This document shows, one piece after another, positions 29,530 through 39,566 of a stretch of DNA of 64,000 nt. Position 1 is the first letter of the stretch. Every line of letters begins with the position of its first letter. The notes below the pieces were generated by a model, which saw nothing but the letters and a program-made list of their open reading frames with translations, was not told the DNA's origin and ran no database searches. The position numbers were made by a program, and so were the translations under genes. Source of the DNA: an uncultured candidate division Zixibacteria bacterium (GTDB lineage Bacteria > Zixibacteria > MSB-5A5 > UBA10806); contig CAWDFP010000006.1 in NCBI GenBank assembly GCA_963801605.1, positions 1,600,001 through 1,664,000 on the forward strand, given 5' to 3'.

Positions 29530-31221
29530 TGTAATCGTAATCGGCGGCGGCCTGGCCGGTATGCGAGCGGCTATCGAGGCCGCATCAGGCGGCGCCGATG
29601 TCGCCTTGCTTTCCAAGGTGCATCCGCTTCGTTCTCACTCCGGCGCGGCGCAGGGAGGCATCAACGCGGCCCTGGCAAACAATCCCGATTCGCATGATGA
29701 TTCACCCGAAAGACATGCTTTCGATACCATCAAAGGCTCCGATTTCGTAGCCGATCAGGGCGCAGCGATCACCATGACCAGCGATGCCCCGCGCGTCATT
29801 TTCGAGATGGAGCATTGGGGGTGTCCTTTCTCACGAACTGATGATGGCAAGATCGCCCAGCGACCGTTCGGCGGAGCAGGCTATCCGCGGACATGCTACG
29901 GAGCGGATAAAACCGGTTTGTATCTGCTTCATACTCTCTATGAACAAACAGTGCGCCTCAATACCCATTACTATGAAGAGTGGATGGTTCTGCAGTTAGC
30001 CGTAGATGAAAAGGGCATCTGCAAAGGCGTTATCGCCCTAAATATTCCCGATGGTACAATCGAAATGATTGGCGCCAATGCGGTCATATTCGGCACGGGA
30101 GGCGCGGGCAGGATGTACGGCAACACCACCAACGCCCATGTTTCCACGGCGCTGGGAATAGCCATTCCCTATTGGGCCGGGATTCCCGTCAAGGATATGG
30201 AATTTATCCAGTTCCATCCGACAGGACTCTATCGCTCCAATATTCTGATGACCGAGGGTTGCCGCGGTGAGGGCGGATACCTGATTAACTCCGAAGGCGA
30301 ACGCTTTATGAAGCGTTATGTCTCCGAGAAAGTCATGGAGCTTGCCCCGCGCGATATCACCAGCCGTTCGATTACAACCGAGATCGAACAGGGGCGGGGC
30401 ATCGAGAATGCTTATGTCTATCTCGATCTGCGCCATCTCGGAAAAGATAAGATTATGGAAAGACTCCCCGGCATTCGCGAAATCTGTCTCGACTTTGCCA
30501 ATATCGATCCGATAGTCAGCCCAATTCCGGTGAATCCCTCGATGCATTACACAATGGGGGGAATCGATACCAACGCTGACGGTGAGACCAAATCGCCCGG
30601 TTTCTACGCGGGCGGAGAATGCGCTTGCGTCTCGGTACACGGCGCTAACAGGCTTGGTGGCAACTCGCTTCTTGGATACCATCGTTTTTGGCAGAAGATG
30701 CGGCGCCGCTGCCGTCAAATATGTCAAGAGCCTGCCCAAAGCGGCTGATGAGAAGACGCTTAATAAGGCTCATCAAAAGCTTCAGGAGCGGATGGCTTTT
30801 GCAGTCGATGGTAAGGGAACGGAAAATCCCTACAAGATCAGAGACGAACTCCAGGGGATCATGCCGGCCAAGGTCGGCATTTTCCGCACGGAAAAAGAAA
30901 TGTCCGAAGGCCTGGTAAAGATTCGGGAACTCAGGGAACGCTTTAAGCATATTCGCCCGGAGATAAAAACGCAGATCATTCAATATGGATCGTGTCTGGA
31001 TAATGGAATTGGCCGGGAATCTCGATATCGCGGAGATCGTAGCCGAGGGCGCTCTGCGCAGGCAGGAAAGCCGCGGCGCTCATTCGAGACGGGACTTCAC
31101 CAAGCGCGACGATCAAAACTGGCTCAAGCATACCGTGGTGACCTAGTCGCCTGAGAGACCGCAGTTCTCGTACAGTAAGGTTGATATTTCCAAATACCAG
31201 CCTGAGGAAAGGAAGTACTGA
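29516..31221 (+). CDS. sdhA: Succinate dehydrogenase/fumarate reductase flavoprotein; frameshifts near 30673 and 30975, in-frame TAG at 31144
   Basis: GGGLAG, RSHSGAAQGG, QFHPT, ELAPRD, HYTMGG, HGANRLGGNSL. Distal frames give RQESRGAH...NWLKHT and end QPEERKY*. Confidence 0.95.
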
Positions 31222-31222
31222 T

Positions 31223-31948
31223 ATGGCGGTGACATTCAAAGTATTTAGATATGATCCCGATAGCGAACGCGGCCCGTATTTTCAGGAGTATGAGGTTCAG
31301 AACGTCAAGGGGATGACTGTCCTCGAGGGTATTTTCTGGATCATGGAAAACCTGGATCCCACGCTGGCATTTCGCTGTGCCTGCCGGGCGGCAATTTGCG
31401 GTTCTGATGCCATGCATATCAACGGCCAATATCGTCTGGCCTGCAAAACGCAGATCGATCGGCTAAGCTCGCCGATCACTATCAGACCCCTGGCGCATCT
31501 TCCGGTTCAGAAGGATTTAGTTGTCGATATGAAGCCGTTTTTCGATAACTACAAGCTAATCAAGCCGTATTTGATTCCCAAAGAAGCGGCTCCGGAAAAG
31601 GAATATCTGCAAAGCCCGGAGGATCGCAAATTGATCGATCATCATATCGATTGTATCCTTTGTGGTTCCTGCTACGGTTCCTGCCCGGTGGCTTATGGCG
31701 ATCCCAAATATTATGGCCCGCACGCGCTTCTGAAAGTGCTGCGTTTTATCGATGATTCCCGCGATGGCGCCGATAAGGAGCGTTTGGCGATGGTGGCCTC
31801 GGAGTTCGGTGTATTTCGCTGCCATACGATCTTCAACTGCAAGGAAGTTTGCCCCAAGGATTTGAATCCTACGGGTGCAATCAGCCGTCTGAAAAACAAG
31901 GTCCTGGTCGAGAAATTCCCAATCTTGAAATTCCTGATACGGCAATAA
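31223..31948 (+). CDS. sdhB: Succinate dehydrogenase iron-sulfur subunit
   Basis: CRAAICGSD...C, CILCGSCYGSCP, CHTIFNCKEVCP. Confidence 0.97.
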   Translation: MAVTFKVFRYDPDSERGPYFQEYEVQNVKGMTVLEGIFWIMENLDPTLAFRCACRAAICGSDAMHINGQYRLACKTQIDRLSSPITIRPLAHLPVQKDLVVDMKPFFDNYKLIKPYLIPKEAAPEKEYLQSPEDRKLIDHHIDCILCGSCYGSCPVAYGDPKYYGPHALLKVLRFIDDSRDGADKERLAMVASEFGVFRCHTIFNCKEVCPKDLNPTGAISRLKNKVLVEKFPILKFLIRQ

Positions 31949-31961
31949 TGTATGTATTTAA

Positions 31962-31991
31962 GCGGTCGGGTGTTCTCACCCGACCGTTTTT
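31962..31991 (+). terminator. Rho-independent terminator
   Basis: CGGTCGGGTG-TTCT-CACCCGACCG followed by T5. Confidence 0.9.
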
Positions 31992-32038
31992 ATTTATCAA
32001 ACTGATTCACTAACGCTGCCTGCTAAAAAAACATTCTC

Positions 32039-32067
32039 TTGCCAACTTTATTTCTTCATCGTAAAAT
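32039..32067 (+). promoter_or_regulatory. Putative promoter of the GDPD-VOC-channel-DMT-tmk operon
   Basis: TTGCCA, 17-nt spacer, TAAAAT. Confidence 0.65.
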
Positions 32068-32093
32068 AAATATAATGACCAAACTGGTTACAA

Positions 32094-32900
32094 ATGCAGT
32101 TAGAGTTGGCGATAATGGCTAAATTTTACAATGTCGGGCATCGCGGGGCATCCGCATACGAGCATGAGAATACCATAATATCTCTGGAAGATGCCATCAC
32201 CCGTCGGGCCGATATGCTGGAATTCGATGTCAGGCAGACCGCCGATGGCGCCATCATCCTGTTCCATGACTGGGCCATCAAGACATCTTCCGGCCAGCGC
32301 AAATTAATTTCGAATATAACTATCGACGAACTCTCCCAAACCGCCAGAGATCAGGGATATGAAATCGCTTTTTTCGAGGAGGTTCTCAAGCGTTTCGGAA
32401 CTCGCATCCCCCTGAATATCGAAATTAAGGTTGGCGGCTTCGAATCCGAAATTGTCAGATTACTTCAAGAGTATCCATTGGCTTATGAACCGACCTTATC
32501 GTCGTTTTTCCCCTGGGTAGTAATCCGTCTTAAAAGGATTAACGACAATCTGAAAACCGCCCTGATATTGGGACAGGAGAGAGTTCATAAGTTTAATATC
32601 CTGGCACGGCCGGTGGTGCGAAAACTGGTCTGGACTATGGGCATCGGGGCAATTCATCTTCAGGAGACGATTGTGTCGCCGGCGGTCGTCAAGAATCTCA
32701 TTCAAAATGGAGTTAGCGTCTTTGTCTGGACCGTGGACGATCCTGACGAGATGCGCCGCTTTCTCAGGATGGGTGTCGATGGCATTATCACCAATAAACC
32801 GGATGAACTGTACAAAGTCTGTCTGGAGATGGTCGATGCCAAAGAGCCGATACTTAAAAAAATCACCAATAATTTCGGAAGATTCGCCTACGCCGTATGA
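32094..32900 (+). CDS. Glycerophosphodiester phosphodiesterase (start may be 32115)
   Basis: GHRGAS...ENT, EFDV, FHD, NIEIK, WTVDD, GVDGIITN. Confidence 0.92.
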   Translation: MQLELAIMAKFYNVGHRGASAYEHENTIISLEDAITRRADMLEFDVRQTADGAIILFHDWAIKTSSGQRKLISNITIDELSQTARDQGYEIAFFEEVLKRFGTRIPLNIEIKVGGFESEIVRLLQEYPLAYEPTLSSFFPWVVIRLKRINDNLKTALILGQERVHKFNILARPVVRKLVWTMGIGAIHLQETIVSPAVVKNLIQNGVSVFVWTVDDPDEMRRFLRMGVDGIITNKPDELYKVCLEMVDAKEPILKKITNNFGRFAYAV

Positions 32901-32909
32901 GGGAAGCGT

Positions 32910-33296
32910 ATGAAACTTACACGAGTGATGATCAAAGTCAAAGATTACCGTAAAAGTTTCGATTTCTATAATCATATCCTGGGGCTCAAGCTGGCCAATT
33001 CCTGGCAGCGTAAGGACAGCTGGGGAGCGCTTTTTTCCGTGGGATCGGGCATAATCGAGATTATCTGGTATCCCTCCGCCACGGGTCTCGATGACTGCAA
33101 TTATACCATGGAAAGAGATAAGATCGAGATTGATTTGGAGGTCACCGATGTTGATATCTGGCATCGTCGGCTGGCAGCAACCGGTATCACCGTTGTCAAT
33201 GCTCCTCATGACGTTCCCTGGGGATTCAGGCAGTTTACGGTCAAGGATCCGGATAATATGTCAATTGTTCTCAGCCAGCCGATAGTTAAGCAATGA
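32910..33296 (+). CDS. VOC/glyoxalase family protein
   Basis: VKDYRKSFDFY...LG; PWGFRQFTVKDPD. Confidence 0.88.
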   Translation: MKLTRVMIKVKDYRKSFDFYNHILGLKLANSWQRKDSWGALFSVGSGIIEIIWYPSATGLDDCNYTMERDKIEIDLEVTDVDIWHRRLAATGITVVNAPHDVPWGFRQFTVKDPDNMSIVLSQPIVKQ

Positions 33297-34300
33297 TAGA
33301 TCGTCGGTTATATTTCATTCCCATCGTTTTTGTTTTTATTCTCGTGCTTGGCACAATTGGTTATCACTTAATCGAGCCGACCTTTACTTTTTTTGAAGCA
33401 TTTTACCTGACAGCAATTAATATTTCGACTCTGGGATATGCAGATGTTAAGCCCCTGACAACTGCGGGCAGGGTTTTCAATCTTATAATCATAGTCATGG
33501 CCTGGACTGGGATATTTTTTGTGGCGCGGGTCACCGGCCAAATGCTGATCGAAGGGGAAATTGCCAGATTTTTCGGGAGAAGAAGAATGGATAAGAAGAT
33601 AAGCACTCTTTCAGATCATTACATCATTTGCGGCTATGGCAGGGTTGGACGGGTAGTCTGCGAACAGTTTGATCGTCATAAAATGCCCTTTGTGGTCATC
33701 GAGCGGGATCAGGAGGCCATTGATGAGGTCAGGGGCAAAGGATATTTGTTAGTCCCCGGGGATTGTACGCAGGATGAGATTCTGGTTAGCGCCGGTATCG
33801 ATCGTGCCAAAGGTCTTATCAACGCTGTTCCTGATGAAGCTGATGCCGTTTATACCACTCTATCCGCTCGCCAGCATAATCAAAAACTATTCATTATGGC
33901 TCGGGCCGATTCAACTAATGCTGAACAGATGCTAAAACGCGCTGGAGCTGATCGCATAATCTCGCCGCAGGCCGCTGCCGGTGCACGTATGGCAATGGCC
34001 GCTCTCCGTCCTAATGTCGTAGATTTTCTAACGTTGGCATCGGCCGGCGATGAATCCGCGGGCGTGCGTGTCGAGGAGATCATGGTTTCCGACGGTTCGC
34101 CCTTGGCCGGAAAATCTCTTAAGGAGATCGATATCCGAGCCAAATTCGGCTTAAATGTCATTGGTGTCAGGAAATCCGAAGGCAAGTTGATATTCAATCC
34201 TACAGCCGATTACGGTGTGCAAGTTAGCGATACATTGATTATGGTTGGGGATATAGCTCAACTCGCCCGCATTGGGGAATTATTCATCAGGAAAAGTTGA
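33293..34300 (+). CDS. Two-TM potassium channel with TrkA-N/TrkA-C (RCK) domains
   Basis: Pore STLGYAD; HYIICGYGRVG; AGADRIISP; TrkA-C domain. Confidence 0.9.
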   Translation: MIDRRLYFIPIVFVFILVLGTIGYHLIEPTFTFFEAFYLTAINISTLGYADVKPLTTAGRVFNLIIIVMAWTGIFFVARVTGQMLIEGEIARFFGRRRMDKKISTLSDHYIICGYGRVGRVVCEQFDRHKMPFVVIERDQEAIDEVRGKGYLLVPGDCTQDEILVSAGIDRAKGLINAVPDEADAVYTTLSARQHNQKLFIMARADSTNAEQMLKRAGADRIISPQAAAGARMAMAALRPNVVDFLTLASAGDESAGVRVEEIMVSDGSPLAGKSLKEIDIRAKFGLNVIGVRKSEGKLIFNPTADYGVQVSDTLIMVGDIAQLARIGELFIRKS

Positions 34301-35220
34301 TGCCAGAACAGCCCGGCCAAGCAAACCAAATTTCCACGCCTATGTCGGCGGGCAGAGGGGCAGCGGTCTTGTTGATCGGTGTGTTCTTTGTAAGCTGGGC
34401 GGCCATACTTATCAAGCTATCGCATTCCGAGCCAACTACCATCGCTTTCTTCAGGATGTTTTTTTCGACAATGATGGTTTGCCTGGCTATTCCCTTTTAT
34501 CACGGTAAATGGTTTATACAGAGGCGCGATCTGGCAATTACGCTGCTTTCGGGAATATTTTTGGGATTACATTTCTATACCTGGGTGGCCGGCCTCAAAG
34601 CGACATCGATCTCATCATCCGTGGTATTGGTTACAACTCAGCCGATATTCGTTGCCGTTCTCGGTTATCTAATCCTGCGGGAAAAGATCGGGGTTCATGG
34701 CGTGATAGCGGTTATCCTGGGGCTATTGGGAAGCTACCTCGTAGCCCGAGGCGATCTCAAGATCGATCCAGCTCATCTCAAAGGAGATATACTTTCCATT
34801 CTGGGCGCGATTTTTGCGGGAAGCTATCTATTTCTGGGACGATTTCTTCGTCCGCGGGTGGATTTGATTCCCTATGTCGTAACTGTTTACGGAGTCTCAT
34901 CCGCGGTGATTTTGGTTTTAGGATTGGCCTTGAGATCGATTGCGGCTCCGGCGCAGGGAATCGATTATCTCATCTTTTTCCTCCTGGCCCTGGGTCCAAC
35001 CATTTTGGGGCACAATCTGTATAATTACGCTCTCAGGCACTTACCGGCCTTTCCGGTGGGGATTTCAATACTGGGAGAGCCGGTGCTGGCTACAATCTGG
35101 GGTATAATTATTTTTGGCGAGAAGCCTCTTTTTACTACCCTTTGGGGAGGTCTTATTATTATTCTGGCGATTGTTCTGGTCATGACACGGATGAAAAAAA
35201 CCACTGAGGTAGTAGTTTGA
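34297..35220 (+). CDS. DMT/EamA family transporter
   Basis: About ten TMs; two EamA repeats; LGEPV...GE. Confidence 0.9.
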   Translation: MMPEQPGQANQISTPMSAGRGAAVLLIGVFFVSWAAILIKLSHSEPTTIAFFRMFFSTMMVCLAIPFYHGKWFIQRRDLAITLLSGIFLGLHFYTWVAGLKATSISSSVVLVTTQPIFVAVLGYLILREKIGVHGVIAVILGLLGSYLVARGDLKIDPAHLKGDILSILGAIFAGSYLFLGRFLRPRVDLIPYVVTVYGVSSAVILVLGLALRSIAAPAQGIDYLIFFLLALGPTILGHNLYNYALRHLPAFPVGISILGEPVLATIWGIIIFGEKPLFTTLWGGLIIILAIVLVMTRMKKTTEVVV

Positions 35221-35882
35221 GAAATGGTATTCTGATTAGTTTCGAGGGTCTCGATAAGGTCGGCAAATCGACTCAGGTCGAACGCTTGATGGAGCATTTG
35301 AAAGAACGCAAGAAACTCGATCCTGTTCTGGTGCGCGAACCGGGATCAAGCGAGACAGGGGAGAGAATCCGCGAAATTCTGGCAGATCTGGCTCTCAGAG
35401 GGAAAATTTCTCCTCTATGCGAATTTATGCTTTATTCGGCCAGCCGCGCTCAGTTGGTTACTGAGACTATCAAACCGATGCTTGAAGCCGGCCGCCTGGT
35501 TATCGCCGACAGATATTACGATTCATCGAGCGCTTACCAGGGCTATGGCCGTGGGCTTGATCTTAATTTTATATCCACGGTCAATTCCACTGTTACTCAA
35601 AATCTGGCGCCTGATTTGACGATTCTATTGATAGTCGAAAAGTTTGTCGCTGAATCGCGCAATGCTCCCGATCGTTTTGCCCCAAATCTCTTTGACGACC
35701 GCCTGGAGCAGGAGTTTTTGCAGTTCCGGCGAAAGGTTCAACAGGGTTTTGTGGAGATCGCGGAGCGTGAAAAGGAACGTTTCCTGGTATTGGACGCCAA
35801 TGAAAAGCGCGATCAAATAGCCAAAAAAATATGTACACGAGTCGATAAACTAATCAAAGATAGATGGACTGAAAATAAATGA
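35217..35882 (+). CDS. tmk: Thymidylate kinase
   Basis: FEGLDKVGKSTQ, REPG, DRYYDSSSAYQG, PDLT. Confidence 0.95.
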   Translation: MRNGILISFEGLDKVGKSTQVERLMEHLKERKKLDPVLVREPGSSETGERIREILADLALRGKISPLCEFMLYSASRAQLVTETIKPMLEAGRLVIADRYYDSSSAYQGYGRGLDLNFISTVNSTVTQNLAPDLTILLIVEKFVAESRNAPDRFAPNLFDDRLEQEFLQFRRKVQQGFVEIAEREKERFLVLDANEKRDQIAKKICTRVDKLIKDRWTENK

Positions 35883-35928
35883 TCTGTAGCACTCAGGAAA
35901 TAATAAATCTTAAAAGCGATGGTTCATT

Positions 35929-36433
35929 ATGAAAATTTCCGCCTTAATTCCTCTTCTTATATTTCTCCCTAATATCATTTTGATATTTGCGCGCTCCCAT
36001 GAGTGAATCGATTCCGGAGAAAGTTACAAAGAACTTAATCTACAGATTGGTTGAAATTATTGAGTGGATAGCCAGAATTGCAGTTCTAATTATCCCATTT
36101 TATTGTAAGATTTATCTTCAATCGAAAGTTGAATTCTTTGGTTTGGGCGCTATGATTCTCGCGATGCTTTTCTATTATTTAGGATGGCTGCGATATCTCG
36201 TCAAAGGACGAGATTACAGTTTATTATATACCAATCACCTGGGTATTCCTCTTCCGATGGCTACCGGGCCGATTATCTATTTTTTACTATCATCGATCAT
36301 ACTGCACTCCTCGGTTATGGCTATAGCATCCATTATTTTTGGGATAACACATTTCTATATCAGCGCTATCGAGCGCAACCGATTTGTCCGGTTTCAAATC
36401 GCCGGATTTAATGACAATCAGTTCATAATTTGA
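35929..36433 (+). CDS. Hypothetical multi-pass membrane protein; probable frameshift near 35985
   Basis: ATG 35929 reads MKISALIPLLIFLPNII and joins ORF 35987..36433; several TMs; AT-rich. Confidence 0.55.
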
Positions 36434-36585
36434 ACATATCCCGCAGATTTTGCATCTTTTTCTTGCATCCTGAAACATATATTTTTACTATTTTTCATTC
36501 TTCATAAGCATTAATCATCAGCTTACCGATACAAAAATCAGAGCGGCATAGGTTCTTAAATTGCCCGTGTTGGCCGGTCTGTGTT

Positions 36586-38235
36586 ATGAAGATAATTACT
36601 GCAATTTACAGAATATTGAGCCGCTATGGCTGGGGCACAACCCTCGTTGTGTTAGCGGGTTTTGCGGTCGGTTTTACCTGGTCATCATCGGATGCGCTTT
36701 ACGATAATATCCGGCTATTCGATAAGGCGGCGATCACGATCAATTCGGAGTATGTGGAAAATCTAAATGAGAGCCAATTGATCAAAGCCGGAATCGATGG
36801 CATGCTCTCCAAACTCGATCCCTATTCGAAATATTTAAGTGACGCCGACTACTTATATCTCAAGCAGGAGACCGAAGGCGAATTCGAAGGCATTGGAATT
36901 ACCCTTGGATTTCATCATGATACTCTGACCGTGGAATCAGTTATCGAGGGAACGCCGGCCTTTAAGCGCGGTATTGTCGCCGGCGACCGGATTGTCGGTA
37001 TAGATGATGTCTCCACGGTAAACAAGAAGATGCGTGAAATAAAAATGATGCTTCGCGGCCGGCAGGGAAGCGTCGTAACGCTTAATATCATCCGGCCCAA
37101 CAGCGGGCTTCTTAATATTCATGTCGAGCGTGAAGTAGTCGAGATAAAGGCGATTCCGTTTTTTAGTATGGTAAAAGATGATGTCGGCTATATCAGGTTG
37201 GCGCGTTTTTCAAGCGGTTGCTCGCGAGAGATTCATGACGCCATCCGCGATCTCAAGCGCCAGGGAATGACATCGATGATTCTCGATTTGCGGGACAATC
37301 CCGGCGGGCTGCTTTTAGAATCGGTTGAAATCGCCAGTATGTTTCTTCCGGAGACTATAAGCGTTGTAGAGACCCGCGGCAAAGGCGGTATGGTCGGCGA
37401 TTCGTATGCATCATCGGGTAAACCCGATTTTCAGATCGGGGGGCTGGCAGTTTTGGTGGATAGCCAGACAGCCAGCGCCGCCGAGATTTTGGCCGGGGCT
37501 ATCCAGGATCACGACCGCGGCGTCATAATTGGATGTTCCACTTTCGGAAAAGGGCTGGTTCAACAGGTTATGCAGTTTACCGATGATAGCGCCCTCAAAC
37601 TTACCACAGCCAAATATTACCTGCCATCAGGGCGCTGCCTCCAAAAGCCGGATTGGTCGACTTTTGAGTTAGTGAAAGATAAAAGCAATGAACCGGCCGC
37701 GTCGCTCTATAAAACTGATTCCGGCCGGGCCGTTTTTGGCAGCGGCGGTATTATGCCCGATATCTATATCGAGGGCGATACCCCATCGCTTTATGTGAAT
37801 GCGCTTGTTGACGAGTCCTTTATTTTTGACTTTTCGCTGGCTTATCTCAAAGACCATACAATCAATCCCCGTTTTAAGGCTGATTCGACCGTTATGTCGC
37901 AATTCAGGCAGTTTTTAAAAACGCGAAAATTCCAGTTTGAAAACAATGAGCGGACGGCATTTCAGGATTTAAAACAAAATTTGAAAGAACCGTCCGAAAA
38001 GCTAAAATCGGCTTTGGACACTATAGATAAAGAGCTTGCCGCCAAAGAAGCCTGGGAATTCGAATCTCACTACTCCGAGATTGCCAAACAGCTTCGGGGT
38101 GAGATGATCCTGCAGGCATTCGGCGAAACAACCCTATATCAGCAAGTCAGATTGCCCGGTGATCAGGAGATTGTTGAAGCCCTGAATATCCTCTCAGATA
38201 ACAATCGCTATAGCGATATATTGTCTTTTCGCTAA
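36586..38235 (+). CDS. S41 family C-terminal processing protease (CtpA-like)
   Basis: LDPYS, PDZ GIG, DLRDNPGG, TASAAEI, TFGKG, GGIMPD. Confidence 0.95.
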   Translation: MKIITAIYRILSRYGWGTTLVVLAGFAVGFTWSSSDALYDNIRLFDKAAITINSEYVENLNESQLIKAGIDGMLSKLDPYSKYLSDADYLYLKQETEGEFEGIGITLGFHHDTLTVESVIEGTPAFKRGIVAGDRIVGIDDVSTVNKKMREIKMMLRGRQGSVVTLNIIRPNSGLLNIHVEREVVEIKAIPFFSMVKDDVGYIRLARFSSGCSREIHDAIRDLKRQGMTSMILDLRDNPGGLLLESVEIASMFLPETISVVETRGKGGMVGDSYASSGKPDFQIGGLAVLVDSQTASAAEILAGAIQDHDRGVIIGCSTFGKGLVQQVMQFTDDSALKLTTAKYYLPSGRCLQKPDWSTFELVKDKSNEPAASLYKTDSGRAVFGSGGIMPDIYIEGDTPSLYVNALVDESFIFDFSLAYLKDHTINPRFKADSTVMSQFRQFLKTRKFQFENNERTAFQDLKQNLKEPSEKLKSALDTIDKELAAKEAWEFESHYSEIAKQLRGEMILQAFGETTLYQQVRLPGDQEIVEALNILSDNNRYSDILSFR

Positions 38236-38326
38236 CCTTGCCTTTTAACACATAATTTTATAAATTAACCGGCGAGTTATTTCGTGTTGAGCTCGTTGTT
38301 TTATTTGAAGTTAGAAGGCGGATTAT

Positions 38327-39521
38327 TTGATCGACCCATACCTGGTTTTTATCGATTTTGACGGCACCATTACGTCCAATGATGTAGGCTATGAAATGTT
38401 CAGGAAATTTACCCGGGCCGCTACGGAGCCATTGGTGCAATCATACCGCAGGGGCGAGATTAATTCCCTGGAGTGTCTTAGCCGCGAGTGCGATATCTGG
38501 AATGCCGCCTCACCAGATATGAATGAGGTCTACTCATATCTTGATTCTCAAAATTTAAGAGACGGCTTTCAAGGGTTTTTAAGGACGCTCGAAAATTGGC
38601 AGATCAAGCCATTGATTCTCTCGGAAGGTTTTGATTTTTATATCGATCGGGTTCTGGCCGCGCACGGCTTTTTGCATCTGGAACGCATCACAAATATCGC
38701 CCGCGTTGATGATGGCCGTTTGATTCCTCGGTTTCCCTTTAACCAATTAGGCTGCCGGGAATGCTCAAACTGCAAGGGATATCATATTAATCGTCTGCGG
38801 CCGGCGCTTTCGGCGGCGGTTTATATTGGTGATGGCCACTCCGATTTACACGCCTCGCAAATGGCGGATATTGTTTTTGCCAGATCCCACTTGAGGGAGC
38901 TATTAGGGGAAACGGGTCGGACATTTATCAGCTATGACTCGTTCGACGATATCGTTAATGAAATGACTATTATCCTGCAAAATGGGATTTTCACTCAAAG
39001 CAATAGAATAAATTATTGCCGCCTATCGGGCAGGCATCGTAAAAATTTCCAGGCGCTCTGGGAATCCGGCGAGGTAATGCGTTACGTGGGATATCCAAAT
39101 GGTTTGGGGATAAGTGACGCCAGATATGAAACTATCTGGCCAGGGCTTCAGAATGATCAGGAATCAATCAGGTTGGCGCTGGAGGATAAGTCCGGCCAGT
39201 TTATGGGCGAGGCCATGCTGAGCCGCTCCAGACAAAGACGGTTTCTGTCAACCGGACCTAAAACTAATGCCGGATTATTGGGGCAAAGGTTTGGGTTTTG
39301 AGGCCTGGCAGACGATTTTGGATCGCTCCCAATCACGCTGGCCCGAATCGGATATTCTGGTTACTCCTAATATCGAGAACGACAGGGCGATCAAACTATA
39401 CTTAAAACTTGGTTTCGAATTTAATAGCGAAGAACTTCTTTGGGAGCCGCCGGTCGAAAATAACAAAGCGGTTCCAGTACGCTATAGAAGAATGGTTAAA
39501 AAGAATATTGCCAGAGTTTAG
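38327..39521 (+). CDS. MtnX-like HAD-IB phosphatase fused to C-terminal GNAT (RimJ/RimL-like) acetyltransferase; frameshift near 39224
   Basis: DFDGTIT, CSNCK, YIGDGHSD, VFAR; then VMRYVG, ...PDLKLMPDYWGKGLG, NDRAIKLYLKLGF. Confidence 0.8.
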
Positions 39522-39566
39522 GATTTATAATAAGATCGTGATGGTTGTGGTGATAGAGGAGAGATA

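Noticed and set aside
31144..31146. Genome-wide TAG recoding or pyrrolysine
   Set aside because: TAG is used as a normal stop at expected ends of atpD, rpmA, folC and others.
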